DNA of 64,000 bases. Source: an uncultured Prevotellaceae bacterium (GTDB lineage: Bacteria > Bacteroidota > Bacteroidia > Bacteroidales > Muribaculaceae). The stretch is from NCBI GenBank assembly GCA_947165485.1, contig CAMVAP010000012.1, forward strand, positions 2,227 to 66,226. The letters run 5' to 3'. The position numbers and the translations under genes are program-made. Under the pieces are notes generated by a model, which was not told the DNA's origin, searched no databases, and saw only the letters and a list, made by a program, of their open reading frames with translations. Positions 28,900 through 38,477 of the stretch are shown here, one piece after another (within the stretch, counting starts at the first letter, position 1; every line of letters begins with the position of its first letter).

Positions 28900-30246
28900 T
28901 TACTTGCCCTCCTTTTCATCGTTAAAGGTTACACATGCGTCAACAAGGTCATCACAGTCCTCGCGGCTGTAGGTCTCGGTCACGGCGATCAGCAAGGTGT
29001 CGTCGGCAATCTTGAGACCGCACTGCAGGTATTCCTGGTTGCAATATTCCTGCAACTCGTCGATATTGAGCTTGGTCTTCACGGCAAACTCATTCAGGAA
29101 TGGCTTGCCGGGATAAGCCATCTCAAACAGACCGGTCTTCACCAGACTGTCGGCCAGGTAGTGGGCATTGCTGTAGCTGATGGAGTTCACCTCCTTCAGA
29201 CCCTTGGCACCCATGAGACCCATATAGATGGTCACATACAAGGCCATCAGGCTTTGGTTGGAGCAGATGTTGCTCGTGGCCTTCTCGCGGCGGATGTGCT
29301 GCTCGCGTGCTTGAAGGGTGAGAACAAAGGCACGCTTGCCGTCAGCATCCTTGGTGGCTCCAACGATGCGGCCCGGCATCTTGCGTATCAGCTTCTTGGT
29401 CGTGCACAGGAAGCCCACGTAGGGACCGCCATAGTTCAGGGGGATGCCCAGGCTCTGGCCGTCACCCACTGCAATGTCGGCACCCCACTCGGCGGGGGTC
29501 TTGACAACACTCAACGCGGTTGCTACGCAGTTCATGATGAGCAATGCCTTGTGCTCGTGGCACATCTCGGCAACGCCGGTGTAGTCTTCCAGAATGCCAT
29601 AGAAGTTGGGAGTGGCAACGATCACGCCTGCCACATCGTCCTTCTCGAGTTCCACCTTGAGGGCGGCATGGTCCATCACACCGTCAACAGCGGGAATCAT
29701 GTCGATCTGGATGCCCTGGTACTTGGCGTAGGTCTTCACCACGCGCAGCACATAGGGGCTGATGGTCTCGCTCACCAGGACGCGTTTGCGCTTCTTGGCG
29801 TTGGCAACGGCCATCATCATGGCCTCGGCAGTGGCGGTAGTGCCGTCATACATGGATGCGTTGGACACCTCCATGCCTGTCAGCTCGGCCATCATGCTCT
29901 GATACTCAAAGATGTATTGCAGGGTACCCTGCGAAATCTCGGCCTGATAGGGCGTGTAAGCGGTGAGAAACTCGCTGCGCTTCAAGATGTCCTGTACGAC
30001 AGCGGGGCTATAGTGGTCATAGTAGCCTGCTCCCAGGAAGGTGCGCATGGTGATGTTACCCATGCCCAGCTCGTCAAAGAAGCGACGCACTTCAATCTCA
30101 CTCATGGCCTCAGGTAGCTCATATTCTTTCTTGAGCTGCAACTCCTGGGGCACATCCTGGTAGAGGTCATCCAGCGATTTGACTCCAGCCGTGTTGAGCA
30201 TGGCCTTCATCTCTTCGTCGGTGTGCGGAAAAAATTTATAACTCAT
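28900..30246 (-). CDS. gcvPA: Glycine dehydrogenase (decarboxylating) subunit 1
   Basis: FLGAGYYDH, YTPYQAEISQGTLQ, NASMYDG and LQAREQHIRREKATSNICSNQ. Confidence 0.97.
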   Translation of the reverse strand: MSYKFFPHTDEEMKAMLNTAGVKSLDDLYQDVPQELQLKKEYELPEAMSEIEVRRFFDELGMGNITMRTFLGAGYYDHYSPAVVQDILKRSEFLTAYTPYQAEISQGTLQYIFEYQSMMAELTGMEVSNASMYDGTTATAEAMMMAVANAKKRKRVLVSETISPYVLRVVKTYAKYQGIQIDMIPAVDGVMDHAALKVELEKDDVAGVIVATPNFYGILEDYTGVAEMCHEHKALLIMNCVATALSVVKTPAEWGADIAVGDGQSLGIPLNYGGPYVGFLCTTKKLIRKMPGRIVGATKDADGKRAFVLTLQAREQHIRREKATSNICSNQSLMALYVTIYMGLMGAKGLKEVNSISYSNAHYLADSLVKTGLFEMAYPGKPFLNEFAVKTKLNIDELQEYCNQEYLQCGLKIADDTLLIAVTETYSREDCDDLVDACVTFNDEKEGK

Positions 30247-30316
30247 TAAAAAAACTTTATTTTCTGTTGTTTGATGTTTTTGTCAATGTCATGAGTGACG
30301 TGGCAATCGTTGATAT

Positions 30317-30697
30317 TTACTCACCGATCATTGCCTTGTAGGCAGCGGCATCCATCAGGTTGTCGAGTTCGCTCTTGTCGCTCAGTTCCACCTTGATGAT
30401 CCAGTTCTCAAAGGCATCCTTGTTGATCAGGCCGGGCTCGTCCTCAAGGGCGTCATTGACCTCGACAACGGTGCCGCTAACGGGAGACATCAGGTCGCTG
30501 GCGGCCTTCACGCTCTCTACTGCGCCAAAGTCCTCACCTGCGGTGACCTCGTCGTCAACCTCGGGCATGTCAACATAAACCACGTTGCCCAGCTCGTGCT
30601 GAGCATAGTCGGTGATACCAATGAAACCGAAGTCGCCTTCTACCTTTACATACTCATGTGACTCGCTGTAATAGAGTCCGTCGATAATCTTACTCAT
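30317..30697 (-). CDS. gcvH: Glycine cleavage system H protein
   Basis: GITDYAQHELG and lipoyl motif VESVKAASD. Confidence 0.98.
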   Translation of the reverse strand: MSKIIDGLYYSESHEYVKVEGDFGFIGITDYAQHELGNVVYVDMPEVDDEVTAGEDFGAVESVKAASDLMSPVSGTVVEVNDALEDEPGLINKDAFENWIIKVELSDKSELDNLMDAAAYKAMIGE

Positions 30698-30762
30698 TGT
30701 GTTATAAAGAATTAATCAGTTAATATTTGTTTGCTAAATAATAATCTCTTATTAAAATACCT

Positions 30763-30804
30763 CCTAAAGCCTAAAGCCTAAAGCCTAAAGCCTAGAGCCT
30801 AGAG
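30763..30804. repeat. Heptamer array (CCTAAAG)4(CCTAGAG)2
   Basis: Six contiguous units ending 2 bp from the gcvT stop codon. Confidence 0.9.
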
Positions 30805-30806
30805 CC

Positions 30807-31904
30807 TTACTTCTTATAATTAGGGGTATAGAAGCGTTTCTTCACCACGGTGGCGGGGAACACTTTCTTGCGGATGCGAACATTCAGCGTGTTGCCCAGG
30901 GCGCCAACGGCACGGTCAACCAGTGCAAATGCTACGCTCTTGTCCAGCGAGATGCTGTGATAACCAGTGGTGATGTAACCCACGACGTTCTCGCCGTCGA
31001 GCACCTCATAGCCATGGCGGGGAATAGCCTTGCCTTCAAGCTCCAGACCCACGAGCTTCTTGGGGGTGCCTTCGGCCTTCTGCTGGGCGCAGGCATCGCG
31101 ACCAATGAAACCACCTTCCTTGTCGAGCTTCACAAACATGCCAAAGGTAGCTGCAATGGGCGAAATCTCAGGGGTCAACTCGTCGCCATACAGGGGCAGA
31201 CCAGCCTCAAAACGCAGGGTGTCGCGGCAACCCAGTCCACAAGCCTGTACGCCAGCCTCCATGAGCTTGTCCCACATCTTGCAGATGATAGCGGGATCGG
31301 CATAAACCTCAAAACCGTCCTCACCAGTGTAACCGGTACGGCTCACGATGATGGTCTTGCCGTCATATTCCATCTTCTTGAATGTGTAGAATGTTAAGTC
31401 GGTGGTGTCGATGCCCAGCACAGCGCCCATGGTCTTCTCGGCCTCGGGACCCTGAACGGCAATCTGACCGTACTGCTCGCTCTGGTGGTCAACTTTCACG
31501 TCGAAGTTCTTGGCATGTTCCATGATCCATGCTACATCCTTATCGATGTTGGCAGCGTTGATCACGAGGAAGTAGTCGTTATCGTCAACACGATAAACCA
31601 GCAGGTCATCAACGGTTCCACCGTCGGGGTACAGCATCATGCCGTACAGGATCTGACCAGCCTTAATTGCATTGATGTCGTTGGTGAAAATGTAGTTGGT
31701 GAACTTGGCGGCGTCGGGGCCAGTGATTTCCACCTCACCCATGTGAGACACGTCAAAGACTCCCACCTTGTGGCGAACTGCATTGTGTTCGGTAGTGATA
31801 TCTACATACTGGATGGGCATGTCATAACCTGCAAAGGGGGACATGAGAGCGCCTTGCGCCACGTGCCTGTCATGCAGACAGGTAACTTTGATTTCTTCAG
31901 TCAC
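30807..31904 (-). CDS. gcvT: Glycine cleavage system T protein (aminomethyltransferase)
   Basis: FAGYDMP, FDVSHMGE, SRTGYTGEDGFE and GLGCRDTLRFEAGLPLYG; GTG start. Confidence 0.97.
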   Translation of the reverse strand: MTEEIKVTCLHDRHVAQGALMSPFAGYDMPIQYVDITTEHNAVRHKVGVFDVSHMGEVEITGPDAAKFTNYIFTNDINAIKAGQILYGMMLYPDGGTVDDLLVYRVDDNDYFLVINAANIDKDVAWIMEHAKNFDVKVDHQSEQYGQIAVQGPEAEKTMGAVLGIDTTDLTFYTFKKMEYDGKTIIVSRTGYTGEDGFEVYADPAIICKMWDKLMEAGVQACGLGCRDTLRFEAGLPLYGDELTPEISPIAATFGMFVKLDKEGGFIGRDACAQQKAEGTPKKLVGLELEGKAIPRHGYEVLDGENVVGYITTGYHSISLDKSVAFALVDRAVGALGNTLNVRIRKKVFPATVVKKRFYTPNYKK

Positions 31905-31920
31905 GGTTTTAATGGTTTTT

Positions 31921-32904
31921 TTAATTGGTTAATAGTAGTGATATTAATTGTTCGTTTGTTAAATTCAAGATCCATTGCCTGGCATCGCTGTCGGCGAGGG
32001 CCAAGCGCAAGTCATTGGCTTCTAGCTTCACACCACGCAACTTGCCGAGCAACACCTCACGCACATCGCTGCACAAGGGCAGGAAATCGCCCGTCAGGTG
32101 CAGGTCGTGGAGGGCTCCATGGCGCAGCTCCATGTTGAGGTGGATGCTGCCCACGCCATCGATGCGTCCCCCACGGGTGAGCTCGCACCGCGGGTCATTG
32201 CCCCACAGGAATGTTGGCTCCAGATAGGGCAGGGTGAGGCGATCAATCTCGGCCACATCATCGGTCGTGAGTTGAATCGCTCCGTCGCACATGGTCTCAC
32301 GCACGTGATGCTTGAAGGACTCAATGTCCATCGACAAGTGCTCACGCAGCGTGGTGATGTGGCTCCTGACCGACTGCACGCCCTTGCTCGTCAACTTCTC
32401 GCGCGATGGCGTGATGGCGCTCATCATGTGCTCCATGTTGGTGTCATAGAGCATCGTGCCATGCACGATACTGCGACCCGGAATGTGGTAGAACGCGTTA
32501 CCGCTCACCTTGCGCCCGTCAATCAGTACGTCGTTGCGGTCGCTGGCAGTGGCGTTCAGCCCCAACTCCCGCAACATGCTGGCCACAGCGCTCGTGTATC
32601 GCGAGAAGGTTGTCTGAACCTCGTCGCTGCGCGTGATGTAACTGAACATGATGTTGTCCCTGTCGGCATACACGCAGCCGCCACCACTGCGACGACGATA
32701 AAACGCAATGCCATGCTCACGACAATAATCCACGTTCACCTCGCTTGCAATCAGCTGGTTGCGACCAAAGATTACCGTCGGCTCCACCTGCCACATGAAG
32801 AAGATATCATCCTCTCCAATGATACGTGCAGCATACTCCTCCATCGCTAAGTAGAAAGGGAGGATACGCGTCGCGTTGTCAGGCAGACTAAGGTATTTCA
32901 TCAT
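31921..32904 (-). CDS. lplA: Lipoate-protein ligase A
   Basis: LAMEEY, VIFGRNQ, RRRSGGGCVYAD, RNDVLIDGRKVSGNA, HGTMLY and KGVQSVRSHIT. Confidence 0.95.
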   Translation of the reverse strand: MMKYLSLPDNATRILPFYLAMEEYAARIIGEDDIFFMWQVEPTVIFGRNQLIASEVNVDYCREHGIAFYRRRSGGGCVYADRDNIMFSYITRSDEVQTTFSRYTSAVASMLRELGLNATASDRNDVLIDGRKVSGNAFYHIPGRSIVHGTMLYDTNMEHMMSAITPSREKLTSKGVQSVRSHITTLREHLSMDIESFKHHVRETMCDGAIQLTTDDVAEIDRLTLPYLEPTFLWGNDPRCELTRGGRIDGVGSIHLNMELRHGALHDLHLTGDFLPLCSDVREVLLGKLRGVKLEANDLRLALADSDARQWILNLTNEQLISLLLTN

Positions 32905-33087
32905 GTCTTCTAAACTTCACCACAAAAGTAAGCCAAATTCCTCACATTATAAAATAATAACTCAAAATAATTATTAAAACCCCATTTTTACACAACAGAG
33001 ACCGCCATTCCACAACAAGAACAGCAGCCCCATCCGTCAATCGTCAACCCCCGCGTCATCACCCCATCACCCCCGCGCGTCAGCGTC

Positions 33088-33288
33088 CCCTATGCCGCGG
33101 CCATCGCCTCCCGCGCCGCGCGCCAGTGTTCCCTATGCCGCGGCTCCCGCCGCGGCCCCTCTGGCATCTCCCGCCGCGGCCCTTCTGTCATCTCCCGCCG
33201 CGTGTCAGTGTTCCCTATGCCGCGGCTCCTGCCGCGGCCCTTCTGGCATCACGCTGGCCGCGGCCCCGGTACCGCGGCCAGCGTGATG
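33088..33288. repeat. GC-rich CCGCGG repeat cluster ending in a perfect 17-bp hairpin
   Basis: 45-bp direct repeat at 33124-33168 and 33206-33250 (2 mismatches); 8 CCGCGG sites at 33095-33277; inverted repeat 33247-33263 / 33272-33288. Confidence 0.85.
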
Positions 33289-33296
33289 AGAATGCG

Positions 33297-34508
33297 TCAA
33301 TAGCACTTGATGCGGTACATGAAGCCAAGCTCCACGCGGTTGGTGTTATAGTCCTGCAAGCCGCAAGCCTTGTTAAAGTCGTACCTGTGACCCAGGTAGG
33401 CGAGGAACACGCGGAAGTCCAGCTTCTTGGGCATCGGCCAGTACTCGATGCTCCCCAGGTAACCAATCGACTTGCGGTAGTTGTGCAGGTCCTCGATCTT
33501 GGCAATGCTGGTGGTCTCGTAGGTGCCCTTGAGCATCAGGTTCCACTTGGGGGCAAACTGCCAGTTCATCTTGGCGATGAAGGTGTGGCTGTGCACCTTG
33601 CCCAGGTGGGTCGATCCAGGAGCAATCATGTCCTGCAAGTCGGTCGTGGCATAGTGCAGGCGATCCACGTCATCCCACTCACCGAAGTAATCAAAATATA
33701 GCTGGAAATCGGTCAGGTTCAGCCGTTGACCCAGGGTGATCATGCGTGAGTACTTGTGCTTGGCCTGAGTCTGGATGCCCCACGCCCAGCGGGTCTGCAA
33801 CTGGTCGTGCAGGAAGTTGCCGTTCCAGTTCAGAATGTAGGTGAACGGGGCGCGGCTGCGGCTCAGTTTCTCGGGCTTCTGCAGGTCGTCGGTCACGATC
33901 TGAGGGTCAGGACCCAGATCCTCGGTAAACGCTCCGTTATAGCTATTGGTGATCTGGAAGGCCACTTCCTGGGTCGGGACGGGGTGGTAACTCACCATCG
34001 CACCGGCCATGAAGATGTCCATCATGTCGATCAGGTCGCTATAGCGGTAGATCTCCATGGGGTTCTGGTCATACTCAAATCCGCCCCATATCTGACACAA
34101 CTTACCGGCAGCAATATCCACCTTGCTGCTGGGGCGATAGCCCACCATCATGATGTCGGTCGCTTTGGCAAAGCGGTCCAGGCCCTTGGCCGTCTGGTTG
34201 CTGTTGAAGCGGTGACGGATGCGGTAGAACACCTTGGGGGTGATGTCGCCCTTGATGTCCAGGCGCAGGTCGCGGCACACAAACTTCGTGTCCCACTCAC
34301 CGTGGTTAGCGTCCTCGGCCACCAGGCTTGATGCAAAATTGATGTGGAAGTTAAAGGCGTCGGTCTTCTTCTCCAGATTGAAGATGCGCTCGGCCAGTGA
34401 TTCGGTGTCATCGTTCTCGTCGCCGCCCATGCCAGTGTTGTTGCCCTGGGCCATGGCGTTGATACCCAGCAGCGTTGCGCACAGGGTAAACAGGAAAGTT
34501 TTTCTCAT
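33297..34508 (-). CDS. Outer-membrane porin (phosphate-selective porin O/P-like)
   Basis: Signal peptide, coiled N-terminus SLAERIFNLEKK, GKLCQIWGGFEYD, amphipathic strands and terminal aromatic residue. Confidence 0.75.
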   Translation of the reverse strand: MRKTFLFTLCATLLGINAMAQGNNTGMGGDENDDTESLAERIFNLEKKTDAFNFHINFASSLVAEDANHGEWDTKFVCRDLRLDIKGDITPKVFYRIRHRFNSNQTAKGLDRFAKATDIMMVGYRPSSKVDIAAGKLCQIWGGFEYDQNPMEIYRYSDLIDMMDIFMAGAMVSYHPVPTQEVAFQITNSYNGAFTEDLGPDPQIVTDDLQKPEKLSRSRAPFTYILNWNGNFLHDQLQTRWAWGIQTQAKHKYSRMITLGQRLNLTDFQLYFDYFGEWDDVDRLHYATTDLQDMIAPGSTHLGKVHSHTFIAKMNWQFAPKWNLMLKGTYETTSIAKIEDLHNYRKSIGYLGSIEYWPMPKKLDFRVFLAYLGHRYDFNKACGLQDYNTNRVELGFMYRIKCY

Positions 34509-34548
34509 CGTTACAGTTTTCAGTAATACAAGTTTCTAAAATAGGCTG

Positions 34549-34556
34549 CAAAATTA
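34549..34556 (-). promoter_or_regulatory. -7 promoter element for the porin gene
   Basis: Minus strand TAATTTTG(CA). Confidence 0.55.
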
Positions 34557-34665
34557 CACATAAAAATCGGTTATTATGCACCTTGATGACATTTTATTAT
34601 CCCGTTGCCCCCTAGAAAAAACAAGTTTCTGCGACCCGTGAGTGTTGAATTCCGAGAATTCTGTG

Positions 34666-34673
34666 TAATTTTG
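34666..34673 (+). promoter_or_regulatory. -7 promoter element for mazG-topB
   Basis: TAATTTTG(CA), 36 bp before the mazG ATG. Confidence 0.6.
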
Positions 34674-34709
34674 CAACTTGTAAATCATCAAAACATCAAT
34701 AGAGACATC

Positions 34710-35507
34710 ATGCCTAACAATAGCAGAGAAAAGAAATTGGAGGCCTTCGGACGACTGCTCGACATCCTGGACGAGTTGCGCGTGAAGTGCCCGTGGGACC
34801 GCAAGCAGACCAACGAGAGCCTGCGCCCCAACACCATCGAGGAAACCATGGAACTCGCCGATGCCATCATGGGCGAGGATGACGATAAGATCCGCAAGGA
34901 ACTGGGCGACGTGTTGCTGCACATCGTCTTTTATGCCAAGATCGGCGACGAGAAGGGCAAGTTTGACATTGCCGACGTGTGCGACGCCCTGTGCGAGAAG
35001 TTGGTTTTCCGCCATCCACACGTCTTCGGTGAGGAGAAGGCCGACACTGCCGCCCAGGTGCTCCAGAACTGGGAACTGCTCAAGATGAAGGAGAAGGACG
35101 GCAACAAGATGGTGCTCAGCGGAGTGCCGCGCAGCCTGCCCTCGCTCATCAAGGCCGAGCGTGTCCAGGAGAAGGCCGCCAACGTGGGCTTTGATTGGCA
35201 GCACAAGGAGGACGTCTGGGACAAGGTCCGCGAGGAATTCAGGGAGGTCGAGGCCGAGTTGAAAGGTAACGACCCGGTGGACCGCGAAAAAGAGTTTGGC
35301 GACCTGTTCTTCTCGCTTGTTAATGCGGCACGCCTCTACGGTGTGCGCCCCGATAACGCCCTGGAACGCACCAACCGCAAGTTCATTGCCCGATTCAACT
35401 ACATCGAGCAGAAGGCCAACGAGCAAGGCCGCCATGTCAACGAATTGACCCTTGCCCAGATGGACGAGCTCTGGAACGAAGCCAAGTCTCAGAAACTCGG
35501 TGAATAA
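34710..35507 (+). CDS. mazG: Nucleoside triphosphate pyrophosphohydrolase MazG
   Basis: CPWDRKQT, ELGDVLLHIVF, RHPHVFG and EFGDLFFSLVN; ATG at 34710. Confidence 0.96.
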   Translation: MPNNSREKKLEAFGRLLDILDELRVKCPWDRKQTNESLRPNTIEETMELADAIMGEDDDKIRKELGDVLLHIVFYAKIGDEKGKFDIADVCDALCEKLVFRHPHVFGEEKADTAAQVLQNWELLKMKEKDGNKMVLSGVPRSLPSLIKAERVQEKAANVGFDWQHKEDVWDKVREEFREVEAELKGNDPVDREKEFGDLFFSLVNAARLYGVRPDNALERTNRKFIARFNYIEQKANEQGRHVNELTLAQMDELWNEAKSQKLGE

Positions 35508-35559
35508 AGATGGCTAATCTAAAGTAAAACTCAAGATAATAACTGTTAACTGAAAGGAA

Positions 35560-37641
35560 ATGAAGGTCTGCGTAACCGAGAAACCCAGTGTGGCGCGTGA
35601 CATTGCCCGATTGCTTGGTGCCAACGACAGGCACGAGGGCTACTTTGAGGGCAATGGCTATCAGGTGACGTGGACTTTTGGACACTTGTGCGAGCTCAAG
35701 GCGCCCAACGACTACACCGACCAGTGGAAATGGTGGAGCCTGGGGCAACTGCCGATGATACCGCAACGCTTTGGCATTAAGCTAAAAGATGACAAGGGTA
35801 TAAAGCAACAGTTTAATGTTATACAAAACCTGATTGCGGGCGCCGATGAGGTGATAAATTGTGGTGATGCTGGACAGGAGGGTGAGCTCATCCAGCGCTG
35901 GGTGTATCAAAAGGCTGGCTGTGACAAGCCTGTCAAGCGCCTGTGGATATCATCCCTGACCGACGAGAGCATCCGCAAGGGTTTTGAACAGCTCAAGAGC
36001 TCTCAAGAGTTTGATAACCTGTATTTTGCGGGACTCTCTAGGGCAGTTGGCGACTGGATCTTGGGTATGAATGCCACTCGCCTTTATACCTTAAAGTATT
36101 CGCGCTCGCGCGACGTGCTCTCGGTGGGCCGTGTGCAGACCCCCACGCTCGCCATGATAGTGGCCCGCTATCGTGAGATTGAAAATTTTGTCCCCGTGGA
36201 TTACTGGGAGTTGAAAACCAAGTACTGTGGCGTGACCTTCAACAGTACCCGTGGCCGTTTCAAGACCGAGGGCGAGGCGAGCGGTATTGTTGAGCAGATC
36301 AAGCAGTTGCCGTTGACGGTGACTTCGGTCGAGACCAAGAAAGGTCGGGAGGCGCCTCCCCGCCTGTTTGACTTGACAAGCCTGCAAGTGGAGTGTAATA
36401 AAAAATTCGGCATGTCTGCCGACGAGGCGCTCAAGACCATCCAGTCACTTTACGAGAAAAAAGCGACCACCTATCCACGCGTTGACACGACTTACCTGAG
36501 CGACGACATCTATCCCCAGGTGCCTGGCATTCTCAAGGCGATGGTGCCTTATGCCAATCTGACGGCACCGGTCCTGGCGCTGAGCAAGTTGCCCAAGACC
36601 AAAAAGGTGTTTGACAACAGCAAGGTAACCGATCACCATGCCATTATTCCCACCAATGTCAACCCTGCAACGGTAGCCATGACCCCCGACGAGAAGCGTG
36701 TCTATCACCTTATCGCCATGCGGTTTATTGCCGCCTTTTACCCTGATTGTGAGTTTAATACGACAACGGTCATGGCCGAGGTTGGCACTTATGGCTTCAA
36801 GGCGACGGGTAAAGAGATTCTGAAACCAGGCTGGCGAGAATTGTTCAATAAGCCGGGTGACAGGAGTGCCGATGATGATGGTAAGGAAAAGGCTGAAGAT
36901 GAGGACAATGGCATAATGCCGCACTTCGAGAAAGGGGAGAGCGGACCACATGAGCCGTCGGTGATCAAGCGCACGACGCAGCCACCTAAACCTTACACCG
37001 AGGGCACCCTGTTGCGCGCCATGGAGACGGCGGGAAAGACCGTCGATGACGAGGAGCTGCGTGATGCCATGAAGGAAAACGGTATCGGGCGCCCCTCTAC
37101 TCGTGCTGCCATCATCGAGACCCTGTTCAAGCGTCGTTACATCCGCAAGGAGCGCAAGAGCATTACTCCCACGCTGGCTGGCATTCAACTCATCGATACA
37201 ATACATGAACCTTTGCTTAAGAGTGTATCGCTCACTGGGTTGTGGGAGAAAAAGTTACGTGAGATTGAACGGGGAGAGTACAGCGCTGCTCAGTTCATTG
37301 AGGAACTCAAGAAGATGATAGGCGAGATCGTCCTTAATGTGCTCAAGGATAACAATAGCGGCAGCATTGCTGTGGAACAGGGCAAGTCGGTCAACCCCAA
37401 GTCGCCAGCGGCAGCATCGGGCGAGGAAAAGCCCAGGAAACCTCGTGCGCCTCGACTCAAGAGCATTGAGGAAATCCCGTGCCCCGTGTGTGGCAAGGGG
37501 CATCTGGTCAAGGGCAAAACAGCCTATGGGTGCAGCGAGTACAGGAATGGATGTCACACGGTTTTGCCCTTTGACGCGTATCCTGCCGACTTGACGCCTG
37601 CGCGGTTGTCCAGATTGGTGAAAAAGAACTTCAAGTCATGA
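35560..37641 (+). CDS. topB: DNA topoisomerase III
   Basis: TEKPSVA, GHLCEL, CGDAGQEGE, GRVQTPTL, TYPRVD, GRPSTRA and C-terminal zinc ribbon CPVC...C. Confidence 0.95.
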   Translation: MKVCVTEKPSVARDIARLLGANDRHEGYFEGNGYQVTWTFGHLCELKAPNDYTDQWKWWSLGQLPMIPQRFGIKLKDDKGIKQQFNVIQNLIAGADEVINCGDAGQEGELIQRWVYQKAGCDKPVKRLWISSLTDESIRKGFEQLKSSQEFDNLYFAGLSRAVGDWILGMNATRLYTLKYSRSRDVLSVGRVQTPTLAMIVARYREIENFVPVDYWELKTKYCGVTFNSTRGRFKTEGEASGIVEQIKQLPLTVTSVETKKGREAPPRLFDLTSLQVECNKKFGMSADEALKTIQSLYEKKATTYPRVDTTYLSDDIYPQVPGILKAMVPYANLTAPVLALSKLPKTKKVFDNSKVTDHHAIIPTNVNPATVAMTPDEKRVYHLIAMRFIAAFYPDCEFNTTTVMAEVGTYGFKATGKEILKPGWRELFNKPGDRSADDDGKEKAEDEDNGIMPHFEKGESGPHEPSVIKRTTQPPKPYTEGTLLRAMETAGKTVDDEELRDAMKENGIGRPSTRAAIIETLFKRRYIRKERKSITPTLAGIQLIDTIHEPLLKSVSLTGLWEKKLREIERGEYSAAQFIEELKKMIGEIVLNVLKDNNSGSIAVEQGKSVNPKSPAAASGEEKPRKPRAPRLKSIEEIPCPVCGKGHLVKGKTAYGCSEYRNGCHTVLPFDAYPADLTPARLSRLVKKNFKS

Positions 37642-37647
37642 TGAGGT

Positions 37648-37854
37648 ATGGTCAACACTATTGTGCAATATGTCCTCTCGGCCCTGATTGTCGCGGCTGC
37701 CGTCCTGGTGACGGTGAGATCGATTGTGCGGTCGGTAAACAGTAGAAAATCGGCTCTAACTGCCTGTGCTGCATGTCAATTGAAGGATATCTGCCAGAAA
37801 CCCGAGAAAAATTCTGCAAAAAAATGTGCCGATAAAGTTGCACAGGTAAAATAA
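37648..37854 (+). CDS. Small membrane protein resembling FeoB-associated Cys-rich proteins
   Basis: N-terminal TM helix followed by CAACQLKDIC...C. Confidence 0.65.
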   Translation: MVNTIVQYVLSALIVAAAVLVTVRSIVRSVNSRKSALTACAACQLKDICQKPEKNSAKKCADKVAQVK

Positions 37855-37885
37855 TCGCAGTAAATTTGCACCGCAAATCGCAACA

Positions 37886-37957
37886 GGTCGCTTGGATGAG
37901 TGGTTTAGTCACCGGTCTGCAAAACCGGGTACAGCGGTTCGAATCCGCTAGTGACCT
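37886..37957 (+). tRNA. tRNA-Cys (anticodon GCA), CCA not encoded
   Basis: Acceptor GGTCGCT/AGTGACC, anticodon loop CTGCAAA, GGTTCGAATCC T-arm, U73 discriminator; -7 promoter TAAATTTG at 37861-37868. Confidence 0.96.
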
Positions 37958-37967
37958 CAACAGAATG

Positions 37968-38010
37968 AATCGTTAATTGGTCTTGATGGCTGATTAACGA
38001 TTTTCTTTTT
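37968..38010 (+). terminator. Intrinsic terminator after tRNA-Cys
   Basis: AATCGTTAAT / ATTAACGATT inverted repeat followed by TTCTTTTT. Confidence 0.75.
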
Positions 38011-38477
38011 CAATGCATCACATCACATTATTTAAAGCATTACTTTAAGGCTCACCCGATAAAAGGTGGGGGATGAACGTGGCCGAAGGCCACAACAAGG
38101 CCGACGGCCTAGGCGAGGTCTATGACCTCACTACAGTCCCCAGTTTTTTTCAGCTGAACCTATCTTTAAGCATCCCTGTCCTGGAAATGGTTTCATTGTG
38201 ACGCAATCAGGACACGAATGGTTGTTAAATTTCTATAAAATGAGTCCGGAGGCTGTGTTTTTGTATTCAATTTGCTTTGAAAAAACTTCAAGATGCAGTA
38301 ATTTTGTGGCATTAAAGAGTGGGGCATGAAGATATTGGTGGCAACCTATCGACGGTGCTTTTTAAAAACTGATATGGTAAATCATTGATCCCCAACTGCT
38401 TCTTTTTGGTCTTCTCCACTAGTTCATTGCTCTGCGGCAGTGAGCCCCTATCATTGCATACTAAAAAACTAACATAA

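Noticed and set aside
33088-33288. GC-rich repeats as a CRISPR array or a coding ORF (33092..33286, 33126..33701)
   Set aside because: Only two long copies with a repetitive spacer; the ORFs are low-complexity translations of the repeat or antisense to the porin.
32905-33296. Expected glycine riboswitch upstream of the gcv operon
   Set aside because: No recognisable tandem aptamer consensus (GGAGA...CCGAAG...CTCTCAGG) on the minus strand, and there is no room between lplA and gcvT.
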